Source of the DNA: a virus | Direction: 5' to 3' (one strand) | Length of the DNA: 64,000 nucleotides | Virus record (IMG/VR): IMGVR_UViG_3300045116_000679 | Location: 3,109-67,108 of that record | Shown: piece by piece, positions 36,858 to 45,986 of the stretch | Position numbering within the stretch: the stretch's first letter is position 1 | How the letters are laid out: each line of letters starts with the position of its first letter | The notes under the pieces: model-generated | The model's database searches: none | What the model was told of the DNA's origin: nothing | Seen by the model: the letters and a program-made list of their open reading frames with translations, nothing else | Program-made: the position numbers and the translations under genes

Positions 36858-37304
36858 ATGCCGACCGTTCAGAGCAGCTACGCGGCCACTCAGGCCCGCG
36901 CCTACGAGGGTATGCAGGGCGATATGAGCCCTCCGGACATCCAGAGCCGGATCATCGAGAACGTGGCCGGCATCGGCTTCGGCAAGGCGGCCTACCAGGG
37001 CACGACCGAGCAGGGGATCGACACCACCGGCTCGATCTTCGTCGGCGTGACCCTGGCCGACAAGAATGCCCGCCCGAACGCCGCCGGAACCGACCTGCTC
37101 GCGAAGGGCGATACGGTCCCGGTGATGCAGAAGGGCGACGTGTGGGTAGTCGTCTCCGGCGCGGTGACGCTCGGCGCCGCGGCGTTCGTGACGCCCGCCG
37201 GTGCCTTTACCGCGACCTCGGCCGGCAACACCGCGATCAAGGGTCAGTTCTTGACCGCGGCGAGCAACGGGCAGCTCGCCCTTCTCAAGCTCAACCTCCC
37301 CTGA
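36858..37304 (+). CDS. Capsid decoration/cement protein
   Basis: Position between protease and MCP; IGFGKA, VMQKGDVWV. Confidence 0.75.
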   Translation: MPTVQSSYAATQARAYEGMQGDMSPPDIQSRIIENVAGIGFGKAAYQGTTEQGIDTTGSIFVGVTLADKNARPNAAGTDLLAKGDTVPVMQKGDVWVVVSGAVTLGAAAFVTPAGAFTATSAGNTAIKGQFLTAASNGQLALLKLNLP

Positions 37305-37357
37305 TCCGGCTTCCACGGATCTTCCCCCCAGCAGCATTGCAAGAGGAGTCGCTGACC

Positions 37358-38305
37358 ATGCGTGGCCAGTACACTGTTGACGCTCTGCGTGCCCTGGCCT
37401 TTCTGGTCAGCCAGCAGGCGTATATCGAGCCCGTCGTCTACCGGACGCAGTACCCGGCGGTTCGCTACCCCCGCCTGATCCCCGTCGATACGAACGCCCC
37501 CGAGTGGATCCCCTCGGTGATGTACTTCTCGATGGACACGGTCGGCGCGGCCAAGTGGCTGTCCGGCAACGCGCACGACGTGCCCCGGGCCGACGTGCTG
37601 CGCAACCAGTTCGAGACCTCCGTCTCGATGGCCGGCATCGGCTACGGCTACGACCTCGAAGAGCTCGGCAAGGCGCAGCTGCTCGGCATGCAGCTGACGA
37701 CCGACAAGGCCGCCGCGGCCCGCCAGGGCTCCGAGGAGTTCATCGACCGCGTCGCCCTGTTCGGCGATACGGCCAAGGGCTACTCCGGTCTGCTCAACCA
37801 CCCGAGCGTCACGGCGGGCTCCGCCCCGGCGACCGGTTCGGGCAGTGCCACGACGTTCGCGAGCAAGACGCCCGAGCAGATCATCGGTGACGTGAACACC
37901 GCGCTCACCGGGATCTTCACGGGCTCGCTCAACATCGAACTCGCGGACACCCTGCTGTTCCCCTACGAGCACCTGACGGCGCTCAGCACCCGGCGGATCG
38001 ACACCGCGAACCAGACGACGGTCCTCGAATGGATCCGTCGGAACAACATCTACACCCTGGAGACCGGGCAGCCGCTCGACATCATGGGTGTGCGCGGCTT
38101 GGAGACCGCCGGTGCCGGCGGCACGGCCCGCATGATGGCCTACCGGCGTGACCCGACCGTCCTGAAGCTCTGGCTCCCGATGCCGTTCCGGTTCTTCCCG
38201 GCGTGGCAGACCGGTCCCTTCCGCTTCGACGTGCCCGGCGCCTTCCGCCTCGGCGGGGTCGACATCCGCCGCCCCGCGGCCTGCCGCTACCTCGACGGCA
38301 TCTGA
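37358..38305 (+). CDS. Major capsid protein (DUF2184, HK97 fold)
   Basis: GIGYGYDLEEL, ALFGD..KGYSGLLNHP, GGVDIRRP...YLDGI. Confidence 0.9.
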   Translation: MRGQYTVDALRALAFLVSQQAYIEPVVYRTQYPAVRYPRLIPVDTNAPEWIPSVMYFSMDTVGAAKWLSGNAHDVPRADVLRNQFETSVSMAGIGYGYDLEELGKAQLLGMQLTTDKAAAARQGSEEFIDRVALFGDTAKGYSGLLNHPSVTAGSAPATGSGSATTFASKTPEQIIGDVNTALTGIFTGSLNIELADTLLFPYEHLTALSTRRIDTANQTTVLEWIRRNNIYTLETGQPLDIMGVRGLETAGAGGTARMMAYRRDPTVLKLWLPMPFRFFPAWQTGPFRFDVPGAFRLGGVDIRRPAACRYLDGI

Positions 38306-38395
38306 TCCGGCGGCCCGGTCGCCGGGCCACGGGACGAGACTATGGGCGTCCGCCGACGCCTCCCCCTCTACGAAGCTGCCGCAGGAGGCATCGCG

Positions 38396-38791
38396 ATGGT
38401 CGAGCACACGAACCGGGCGAAAGGCCCGCGCATCATCTATACGAAGGGCCCGGACGAGACGCCGGTCGCGCGCACCCTAGCCCCGGGCGAGACCGCCGAC
38501 GTCGAGCTGTTCAAGGCGGTCGACAAGGACCCGGTCGTCAAGGCGTGGGTCGATGCCGGCGAGCTGGTCATCGGCTCCGGCGCGGCGGCCGATTCCTCGA
38601 ATGACCAGGGCGGCGGGTCGCAGGACAACGGCGGCGACCAGGGCGGCCAGCAGGCCCCCGACTTCGACGCCATGGGCGAGGACGAGCTGCGCGCCTACCT
38701 CAAGGCCCGCGGCATCACCCCCGACGGCCGTGTCGGCCGCGCCAAGCTCATCGAGGCCGCCAAGGCGGCGCCGGTCGAGCCGACGGCCTGA
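38396..38791 (+). CDS. Hypothetical protein with C-terminal HeH/SAP-like motif
   Basis: DFDAMGEDELRAYLKARGI...RAKLIEAA. Confidence 0.65.
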   Translation: MVEHTNRAKGPRIIYTKGPDETPVARTLAPGETADVELFKAVDKDPVVKAWVDAGELVIGSGAAADSSNDQGGGSQDNGGDQGGQQAPDFDAMGEDELRAYLKARGITPDGRVGRAKLIEAAKAAPVEPTA

Positions 38792-38794
38792 CCT

Positions 38795-39160
38795 ATGGCC
38801 TATACCGCGCCGACCGCCTCTGATCTGAGGACGCGCTTCCCCGCCTTCGCGGCGATCGGTGACGTGCCCGTGACCGCGGCGCTGGCCGAGGCTGAGACGC
38901 GTGTCGATGCCTCATGGCCGGACGCCCTGCGGACTGCGGGCGCGCTCTACTACGCCGCGCATATCCTGACCCTGGACGGGCTCGGCACCAGCACCGAGGC
39001 GCAGCTGGCGGGCTTCCGCCGCCTACGGATCGGCAGCCTGGAATTGGAGAGCGCCTCCGCGGGCGCCGCGGCTGCCGACCTCCTGCTGCAGACCAGCTAC
39101 GGCCGCCGCTTCGCCGACCTCGCGCGGGGGGTGAGCGGCCCCGGCATCCTGGTGGTGTGA
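38795..39160 (+). CDS. Head-tail adaptor (DUF4054-like)
   Basis: LRTRFPAF...YAAHILTL...TSYGRRF. Confidence 0.8.
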   Translation: MAYTAPTASDLRTRFPAFAAIGDVPVTAALAEAETRVDASWPDALRTAGALYYAAHILTLDGLGTSTEAQLAGFRRLRIGSLELESASAGAAAADLLLQTSYGRRFADLARGVSGPGILVV

Positions 39161-39513
39161 TGGGCCTTCTCGACGGCGGTCTTCAGGCGGTGTTCGCGGG
39201 CGCGTTCGGGCCGCTGTTTCTCGACGGCGTCCTGCATGTCGCGACCACCACGCCCGACGGCCTGGGCGGCTATACCACCACCACCGTCGACCACCCGGTG
39301 AAAGGCATGGTCGACGGCTACTCTGAGGGCTACCGGACCCGGTTCGGCATCCCCGACACCGACGTCCGCCTGATCGTTCTGCAGCATGGCGTCGGCGCGG
39401 TTCCAAGTACGGACGGCGAGATCACCCTGCGCGGCGCCCGCTGGCGCATCGTCGGGCCGATCGAGCAGGATCCAGCGCAGGCCGCCTGGACCATGCGGGC
39501 GAGGCCCGCCTGA
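39160..39513 (+). CDS. Head closure/stopper-like protein
   Basis: Position and size; TGATG coupling. Confidence 0.7.
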   Translation: MGLLDGGLQAVFAGAFGPLFLDGVLHVATTTPDGLGGYTTTTVDHPVKGMVDGYSEGYRTRFGIPDTDVRLIVLQHGVGAVPSTDGEITLRGARWRIVGPIEQDPAQAAWTMRARPA

Positions 39514-39962
39514 TGGCGACCGTGCACGTCAACTTCGACGGCATGGAGCGCCTGCGCGCCTCGGTTCGCGCGGAGGTCGGGCGCACGGTCTATGCGGCGG
39601 CGGACCTCGTTGCTTCCGACGCGGCCCTGTCGATCGTGCGGGGTTCGGTTTCCGGCGCCGGCCACGTGCCCAGCCGACCGGGCGAGCCTCCGAACGCCGA
39701 CACCCGGCAGCTCGACACGAGCATCATCGTGCAGCCGGACCTCGCGAACCTGCGGGCGACGGTGGTCGCTCAGGCGCCCTACGCCGTTCATCTCGAATAC
39801 GGGACGCAGAAGATGGCGGCTCGCCCCTATCTCCGGCCGGCGCTCATCCGGAACCAGGATGAGATGCAGGCCATGATCGCCGCCGCCGTCGCGCGTGCCA
39901 CGCGGCAGCTCAGCATCTTCGGGCGCGCTCGTGCCGCGCTGAGCCGTCTCTTCCGGCGCTGA
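39513..39962 (+). CDS. HK97 gp10-like neck/tail component
   Basis: PGEPPNADT, APYAVHLEYGTQKMAARPYLRPA. Confidence 0.85.
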   Translation: MATVHVNFDGMERLRASVRAEVGRTVYAAADLVASDAALSIVRGSVSGAGHVPSRPGEPPNADTRQLDTSIIVQPDLANLRATVVAQAPYAVHLEYGTQKMAARPYLRPALIRNQDEMQAMIAAAVARATRQLSIFGRARAALSRLFRR

Positions 39963-39965
39963 CCC

Positions 39966-40388
39966 GTGCAGGAACTCTCGAACGCCCTCGCCGCCGTGAT
40001 GATCGGCGACACCACGCTGACGGCGCTGCTGGGCACCTTCCAGGGCGGCCCGAGCGTCCTGACCAAGCGGCCCGTGCCGGAGGCGGCGCGGCGGCCCATC
40101 GCGCTTGCCGCCACAACCGTGTCCGACCTGCCGGCCGACATGATCGGCCCTGCGGTGGGTCGGATGATCGAGCGCGACATCGCGGTGATCGGCGGCCCGG
40201 ACCACTACGAGCGCGTGGTCCTGGCGGCCGAGCGCATCCGCAACCTGTTCCACCGCAACCGCTTCCCGGTCGCCGGCTGGGGCAACCTGATGGTGCTGGC
40301 CCGCGGCCCGATCGACGGTCCGGCCGACACGCCCCAGGACATCGCCCGGATCGTCACCCTGCAGATCCGGCTCCTGCGCTTCTCCTGA
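39966..40388 (+). CDS. Tail terminator-like protein
   Basis: Position before tail tube; AERIRNLFH. Confidence 0.65.
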   Translation: MQELSNALAAVMIGDTTLTALLGTFQGGPSVLTKRPVPEAARRPIALAATTVSDLPADMIGPAVGRMIERDIAVIGGPDHYERVVLAAERIRNLFHRNRFPVAGWGNLMVLARGPIDGPADTPQDIARIVTLQIRLLRFS

Positions 40389-40484
40389 CGCTTTCGGCGC
40401 GCCGCCGCGCGCCCCGCCTTCACCAGCCCTTCGGCAAGGCCCCCAAGGCGCTCCTGCGCCGCATCCTGACATCGGAGCAGAGCT

Positions 40485-41669
40485 ATGCCCTACCAGACCG
40501 GGCGCAATATCGCTGTCGCCTACGCCGCGGAGTCGACCTTCGGCACCATCGCGGGCGCCGGCACGTCGAAGATCTTCCGCCCGAACTCGGGCTCGATCAG
40601 CCTGACCAAAGAGGCGATCCGCTCGAACGAGAACCGGCGCGACGGGCAGATGACCCGCGGCCGGCATGGCTCGCGGTCCGTCGGCGGCTCCTACACCGGC
40701 GACCTCAGCCTGGGCTCCTACGACGATTTCATCCAGGCGGTGATGCGCGGCACCTTCGATGCCCCGCTCGCGCTGAGCGGCCTATCCCTGACGGCGGACA
40801 ACGCCGCGCGGACCATCACGCGCTCGGCCGGCTCGTGGATCACCGACGGTGTCCGCGTGGGCGACGTCGTGCGCTTCGGTGCCTGGACGACCACGGCCAA
40901 CAACAACAAGAACTTCCGCGTCACCGGCCTGACCGCCACGGTGATGACCGTGGCCGAGGCCCCGACGACGGTCGGCACCGCGCAGACCGCCATCACCCTC
41001 TCGCGGCCGAAAAAGGTGCTCATGGGCACGACGCCGCGCTCGTTCACCATCGAGGAGAGCGAGATCGACATCGACGGCTCGGAAGTCTTCCTGGGCTGCC
41101 GGATCGGTCAGATGCAGTTGCGGCTCGCGCCGAACGGCATGGCGACCGTCACGTTCACGATCGTCGGTCAGGACATGCAGGTCATGACCGGCGCTCAGTC
41201 GCCCTACTTCACCTCGCCGGTTGCGACGACGTCGATCGGCATGACGGCGGTCGAGGCGGCCATTCGGCTCGGCAACGGTGACATCCTCGACGCGACGTCG
41301 CTCGATCTGTCGATCAACCTCAACGCGGCTGGGCAGGCGGTGGTCGGTAACGTGCTGACCCCGGACGTGTTCACGAACCTCGCGACGGTCGAGGGTTCGA
41401 TCACGGCGCTGCGCCAGGACGTCACCCGCGTGCAGAGTTTCCTCAACGAGGATCAGCTGTCGCTCCACCTGATGTTCACCGAGAACGAGACGGAGCCGAA
41501 AGACTTCTGCTCGTTCTTCCTCGGCAACATGAGCCTGTCGAGCGCGACCAAGTCGGAACTCGGCTCCGATGGCCCGCGCACGCAGCAGCTCTCACTCCTG
41601 GTCGGCGTCGATGAGCGGGGCGGCGCCTTCGACAACACCACCGTCAAGTACCAGACGAGCGCCCCGTAA
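40485..41669 (+). CDS. Major tail tube protein
   Basis: AYAAESTFGT...IRSNE.RRDGQ...RHGSRSVGG; position. Confidence 0.82.
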   Translation: MPYQTGRNIAVAYAAESTFGTIAGAGTSKIFRPNSGSISLTKEAIRSNENRRDGQMTRGRHGSRSVGGSYTGDLSLGSYDDFIQAVMRGTFDAPLALSGLSLTADNAARTITRSAGSWITDGVRVGDVVRFGAWTTTANNNKNFRVTGLTATVMTVAEAPTTVGTAQTAITLSRPKKVLMGTTPRSFTIEESEIDIDGSEVFLGCRIGQMQLRLAPNGMATVTFTIVGQDMQVMTGAQSPYFTSPVATTSIGMTAVEAAIRLGNGDILDATSLDLSINLNAAGQAVVGNVLTPDVFTNLATVEGSITALRQDVTRVQSFLNEDQLSLHLMFTENETEPKDFCSFFLGNMSLSSATKSELGSDGPRTQQLSLLVGVDERGGAFDNTTVKYQTSAP

Positions 41670-41737
41670 GCGCCCGGCTGACCGCAGGCGCAACCTTCCT
41701 CGGGGCGTCGCGCCAGCCCCCGACCTGAGAGCCCGAC

Positions 41738-41989
41738 ATGGCCAAAGTACCCCCGAAGGAAGCCGCGGTCCGCGAGGCCGCGAAGACGCTCGCCGCCGCC
41801 GTCCGCGAGGCGCGCGCCGACGGCTACACCGTCGTGCTGCCGACCACGCCCGAAGGTCTCGAAGCGATCGAGATCAGCGAGACGGCGGCCCGCCACACCG
41901 ACGCCCAGCCGATCGCGCTGACACCGGCCCCGGCCGGCTCGCGCGTCGAGCGGCTTGCCCCCGAGGCGCCGGCTGAGACCGCGCGCTGA
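41738..41989 (+). CDS. Hypothetical protein
   Basis: 83-aa ORF after tail tube. Confidence 0.5.
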   Translation: MAKVPPKEAAVREAAKTLAAAVREARADGYTVVLPTTPEGLEAIEISETAARHTDAQPIALTPAPAGSRVERLAPEAPAETAR

Positions 41990-42111
41990 CCCGCTGCCCG
42001 CCGCCGCGGGCTCACCCGTCGCCGCTGCGTGACCCTGATCCCGGGCACGCGGGGCGGCACGAGGGGGCGGTACGGCGGTGCCGTCCCCTCACTCTCCCGC
42101 CGGAGATCGAT

Positions 42112-42561
42112 ATGGACCTCTCGAAATTCGACACCGCCAAGGCCGCCGCGAGCGGCGCTCTCCTGCAGCTGCGCGATCCCGCCACCGACGCCCCGCTCGT
42201 GAACGAGACCGGCGAAGCGGTCGGCATCCTGCTCGCCGGCATCGACAGCGAGCAGTATCAGCAGGCGCTGCGCGCCCAGCAGAACCGCCGCCTCGCCAAG
42301 CGCGGGCGGAAGGCCGGCACGCTCACGGCCGAGGAGTTGGATGCGGACGGCCTCGAACTGATCGTCGCCTGCACGCTCGGCTTCCAGAACGTCGTCGTGG
42401 ATGGCGCGGCGGTCGAGGCGACGCCCCAGGCCGCGCGGGCGTTCTACAAGCGATTCCCGCCCTTCCGTGAGCAGGCCGACGAGTTCATCGGCGAGCGCAG
42501 CCATTTTTTGGCGAAGTCCTCGACGACCTCGCAGCCTACGCCGAGCACCAATTCGGTCTGA
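42112..42561 (+). CDS. Tail assembly chaperone (G-like)
   Basis: Position; ends near slippery T TTT TTG. Confidence 0.8.
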   Translation: MDLSKFDTAKAAASGALLQLRDPATDAPLVNETGEAVGILLAGIDSEQYQQALRAQQNRRLAKRGRKAGTLTAEELDADGLELIVACTLGFQNVVVDGAAVEATPQAARAFYKRFPPFREQADEFIGERSHFLAKSSTTSQPTPSTNSV

Positions 42562-42893
42562 GCGCGAGGCAGCCGGACGGCACGACCGCGCGCGAGCACT
42601 TGGAACGCGCGGTCGAGAACGCCCGGACCGAGGAGCGTCGCCGAGCCCTTCAGGAGGAGCTTGACGGCCCGCCGGCTCCCGAAGGTGCGGAGCACCTGTG
42701 GGACACCTTCATGCGGATCTCGACGCGGCGCGGGTCGACCGGCTTCGGCGCCGCGCCGCTCTCGTGGTCCGATCTCGACGCCTTCGTGCGGATGACCCGG
42801 TGCCCGCTGAGCCCGTGGGAGATCGAGGTCATCGAGCGCCTGGACGACCTGTTCATGGCCGAGCAGGCGCGGGCGGTGAAGGCGGGGAAGTAA
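42504..42893 (+). CDS. Tail assembly chaperone GT extension via -1 frameshift
   Basis: -1 frame is open from the slippery site 42504-42510 to TAA 42893 (…PLSWSDLDAF…LSPWEIEVIERLD). Confidence 0.78.
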   Translation, partial: FFGEVLDDLAAYAEHQFGLSARQPDGTTAREHLERAVENARTEERRRALQEELDGPPAPEGAEHLWDTFMRISTRRGSTGFGAAPLSWSDLDAFVRMTRCPLSPWEIEVIERLDDLFMAEQARAVKAGK

Positions 42894-42957
42894 GAGGAAA
42901 GGGTGCCAAACTTTCGCGCAAATTGCACGAGTGCGGAGGTTTGCATTCGTTCAAGGG

Positions 42958-43284
42958 TTAGGATTTAGCATCGCTGCTGTTGCCGTCTAAAACCCCAGTG
43001 CGCTCAAGAATGCTGCGCAGATCCTTTAATAGAGCGCGCGTTACCTCTCGATTGTATTTGTTACCGTAGCTTTTATCCTTCTCGACCGAAACGCTGATTT
43101 GATCAAGAAGGCCCGCAACAGAGTGTTGTGGCGGGAATTTCTCCTCCAACGCCTTGACAATGAGCGTGTTCATGGAAACGCCCTGCGTTTCGGCGGCCGC
43201 CGCTATGCGGTCGCGCAAGCCAGGCGGCATGCGAACCTGGAAGCGTTCGGCGAGGTCGCTCGGGAACTTGCTGTCGGGCTGCAT
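42958..43284 (-). CDS. Arc/Mnt-family RHH repressor
   Basis: RFQVRMPPGLRDRIAAAAETQGVSMNTLIVKALE. Confidence 0.88.
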   Translation of the reverse strand: MQPDSKFPSDLAERFQVRMPPGLRDRIAAAAETQGVSMNTLIVKALEEKFPPQHSVAGLLDQISVSVEKDKSYGNKYNREVTRALLKDLRSILERTGVLDGNSSDAKS

Positions 43285-43328
43285 ACCCCGTGATGTCAAA
43301 TCGCACGCACCATTTCCATGGGTGCGAG

Positions 43329-43377
43329 TTGACACCATCGCAGGTGCCGCGTAGCTTATGAGTGCGACTCGCACTCA
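43329..43377 (+). promoter_or_regulatory. Pant-like promoter with palindromic operator
   Basis: TTGACA-N17-TAGCTT followed by perfect TGAGTGCGA-C-TCGCACTCA. Confidence 0.8.
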
Positions 43378-43387
43378 AGGAGATATC

Positions 43388-43585
43388 ATGTATCCGAGCG
43401 AGGCGGCGCCAAGGCTTCTCGTCCGTCTTCCCCCTGACCTGAAAGACTTCGTTGTGAGCGAAGCGCAGCGTAACGGCTCATCGCAGAACAGTGAGGTCAT
43501 TCGCGCCGTCAGGGAGCGGATGGAGCGCCAGAGGCTCCAAACGAAAGCGGCCCCGGAAGGTGCTGGAACACCCGCCGAGGCCTGA
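43388..43585 (+). CDS. Arc-family RHH repressor
   Basis: LLVRLPPDLKDFVVSEAQRNGSSQNSEVIRAV; AGGAG RBS. Confidence 0.88.
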   Translation: MYPSEAAPRLLVRLPPDLKDFVVSEAQRNGSSQNSEVIRAVRERMERQRLQTKAAPEGAGTPAEA

Positions 43586-43614
43586 CAGCCACCCCAACCC
43601 GCTGAGGAAGAAAG

Positions 43615-43968
43615 ATGGCCTGCACCAAGTCTACCACAGGTCCCGTGACCCGCGCCATCCAGGCGATGCGCAACGATACCCCCACCCTCATCGTCCCGCG
43701 CCGTGGGTTCATCGCGAGAGCGCTCGGCTTCACGGCCGCAGGCGCCGCGCTGAGCGTGCCGGTGCTGGCGGTCGAGACGCCGGCCGACCGCATCGCCTAC
43801 CACCGCGCCGAACTCGAGAAGGCATTCCGCGAGTACTACGCCAGCGCACCAGTGATCGTGCGGAGCAACGACCTCACGCGCGAGTACTTGCTGGAGCGTC
43901 AGCCGACCAGCGTGGCGTGCCTGATGTTCATGGCGGGGCCGGTCGAGGTTCAGGGAGGTCGGGCATGA
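43615..43968 (+). CDS. Small protein with twin-arginine-like leader
   Basis: PRRGFIARALGFTAAGAALSVPVLA. Confidence 0.6.
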   Translation: MACTKSTTGPVTRAIQAMRNDTPTLIVPRRGFIARALGFTAAGAALSVPVLAVETPADRIAYHRAELEKAFREYYASAPVIVRSNDLTREYLLERQPTSVACLMFMAGPVEVQGGRA

Positions 43969-44528
43969 CTGAACTCGTTACCGTTCCCTTCCATGGCGAC
44001 ACGCTGTTTTGCGCTCGCGAGGAGCGGCGGATCGGCGTCGCAATCAAGCCCATCTCGGACCGACTCGGCCTCTCGTGGTCGGGGCAGTACGAGCGCCTCA
44101 ACCGCGATCCGATCCTCGCCGAGGGTATTCGCGTAACACGAATGCCTTCGGTGGGCGGCGAGCAGGAGACCGTGACCCTCGACCTTCCGCTTCTGCCCGG
44201 GTGGCTGTTCGGGGTCAGCGTGAAGCGGGTCAGGGCCGAGTGCCGCGAGGCGGTGCTCCTCTACCAGCGCCGCTGCCACGACGTGCTCCATCGGCACTTC
44301 TTCGGCGGCGAGGAAGGGAGGGCCGTCGTGGCCACTGCTCCACACCCTGCCCATGAGGAGCCGATGCGGGTTCGCCGCCAACTCGTGACCGAGGCTCGCC
44401 AGACCTTCGGGGTTCGGGCGGCGGGCAGTCTGTGGTTTGCTCTCGGCTTGCCGGTCGTCCCCGAGATGCACGAGCCGCCCCGGCAGGGCGACTTCGGATT
44501 TACCTACACGGCGCGGCCGCTGCCGTAG
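43965..44528 (+). CDS. Antirepressor, P22 Ant N-terminal domain
   Basis: VPFHGDTL...VAIKPISDRLGLSWSGQYERL...LPGWLFGV. Confidence 0.88.
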   Translation: MTELVTVPFHGDTLFCAREERRIGVAIKPISDRLGLSWSGQYERLNRDPILAEGIRVTRMPSVGGEQETVTLDLPLLPGWLFGVSVKRVRAECREAVLLYQRRCHDVLHRHFFGGEEGRAVVATAPHPAHEEPMRVRRQLVTEARQTFGVRAAGSLWFALGLPVVPEMHEPPRQGDFGFTYTARPLP

Positions 44529-44670
44529 CGCCATCCACCACCACACCAGAGATCCCGCCGTTCCAGGGCGGGCAGAGCGCGACGTTTCAGGGCTTCAGCG
44601 GCCCCGGCGTCGCATGTGCGACCCCTGACGCGCTCCGGGCCTGGAAGGCCGGGCGCCGCTGGAGACCATC

Positions 44671-45426
44671 ATGGCAAAGAAGACCGAAGACACTGCCGAG
44701 ATCAGCATCGTTCCCCTGCGCCGCGGCTCGGTTCGGCTGCGGATCATCGGACAGACGCCGTTGTTCCAGAACAGAATGGCGAACAAAGCCAAGCAGCAGC
44801 TGCTGGTCGGCGGCCAGAGAAAGAGCAAGGCCGATCGCGCTCAGATCAAGCACAACCCGCTGCAGGAGTACCGCGACAGCGCCGAGATCCTGCCGGCCGG
44901 ACCGACCGCTCTTGGTCTGCGTGTCGTCGCGGTGAAGGCGGCCATGGCGACGGCCGCCCTGGAGACGCCCGGGCTCACGAAAACGTCGGCACAGCGGCTG
45001 ATCTTCATGCCGGGCGATCATGTTCCTCTCTACGGTACGCCGCAGCTTCGTATGGATGTGGTCCGGTCTGCCGACATCAATAGAACGCCAGACGTGCGCA
45101 CCCGGTGCTTCCTTCCGAAATGGGGCGCAGAAGTTGAGGTGCAGTTCATCGTCCCGCAGCTCTCGGTAATTTCTGTTGTGTCGCTCCTCTGCAACGCCGG
45201 CGTTCTGGTCGGGGTGGGCGATTATAGACAAGAGAAAGGCAAGGGCGCCTTCGGCAGCTTCCGAGTGCTCGGCGAGGGCGAAGACGATGACGAGTGGGAC
45301 GACCTCGTTGCGAACCACGGGCGTGCCGCCCAGGAAGCCGCGCTCGCTGACCCAGCTTATGCGGACACCGACACTCGTGACCTGATGGAGTTCTTCCACG
45401 CCGAGACCAAGCGGAGGGCTGCCTGA
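44671..45426 (+). CDS. RAMP/Cas7-like protein (putative RNA-guided effector)
   Basis: N-terminal beta strand LRIIGQTPL; C-terminal Gly-rich loop GVLVGVGDYRQEKGKGAFGSFRV typical of RAMP folds; next to a 5-nt-periodic array. Confidence 0.65.
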   Translation: MAKKTEDTAEISIVPLRRGSVRLRIIGQTPLFQNRMANKAKQQLLVGGQRKSKADRAQIKHNPLQEYRDSAEILPAGPTALGLRVVAVKAAMATAALETPGLTKTSAQRLIFMPGDHVPLYGTPQLRMDVVRSADINRTPDVRTRCFLPKWGAEVEVQFIVPQLSVISVVSLLCNAGVLVGVGDYRQEKGKGAFGSFRVLGEGEDDDEWDDLVANHGRAAQEAALADPAYADTDTRDLMEFFHAETKRRAA

Positions 45427-45932
45427 TGGCCAAGTTCACCAAGGCGCTCCGCCAGCAGATCGTCCAGGAGTTTGCGACCCGTCACAACGGCCGCTTCAAC
45501 CCGGAAAGGTTCGTGGAGGAGGTGCGCCGGAAGGGCGCGAGCCATCCGGCCTACGAGTGGTTCGAGTGGGACCGGAACCGTGCGGCCCTGCAATGGCAGA
45601 TCGAGCAGGCGCGCGAGTTCGCTCGCGACCTGCGGATCGTTTTTACAGTCGAGGAGGTCGGGCGCCGCAAGCCGATCACGGTCAACACGGCCATGCCGAT
45701 GGTGCTGTCGCCCGTGAACGAGCGGAAGGCCGGCGGTGGGTACTATCTGGTCGATCCGGCCGATCCAGCGCACCTCGCCGAGCACTGTCGGCAGGCAGCC
45801 ACCGCTCTGCGGGCGTGGCTCGGCCGGTACGAGGCGGCGGTCCGCCACTCCGGCACGACGCCAGAGGCGATCAACAGGATGGTGACGGCGCTTGAGGCCG
45901 TGGCCCCACCCGCGGAGCCGGAAGCGGCATGA
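45426..45932 (+). CDS. Partner protein of RAMP-like gene, unknown function
   Basis: TGATG coupling; HPAYEWFEWD...QIEQAR motif. Confidence 0.75.
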   Translation: MAKFTKALRQQIVQEFATRHNGRFNPERFVEEVRRKGASHPAYEWFEWDRNRAALQWQIEQAREFARDLRIVFTVEEVGRRKPITVNTAMPMVLSPVNERKAGGGYYLVDPADPAHLAEHCRQAATALRAWLGRYEAAVRHSGTTPEAINRMVTALEAVAPPAEPEAA

Positions 45933-45986
45933 ACGAGACGGGCGAGCCGGCTCTTGCCTTGCCCGGCTCGGCGGATGGCGCGGAAA

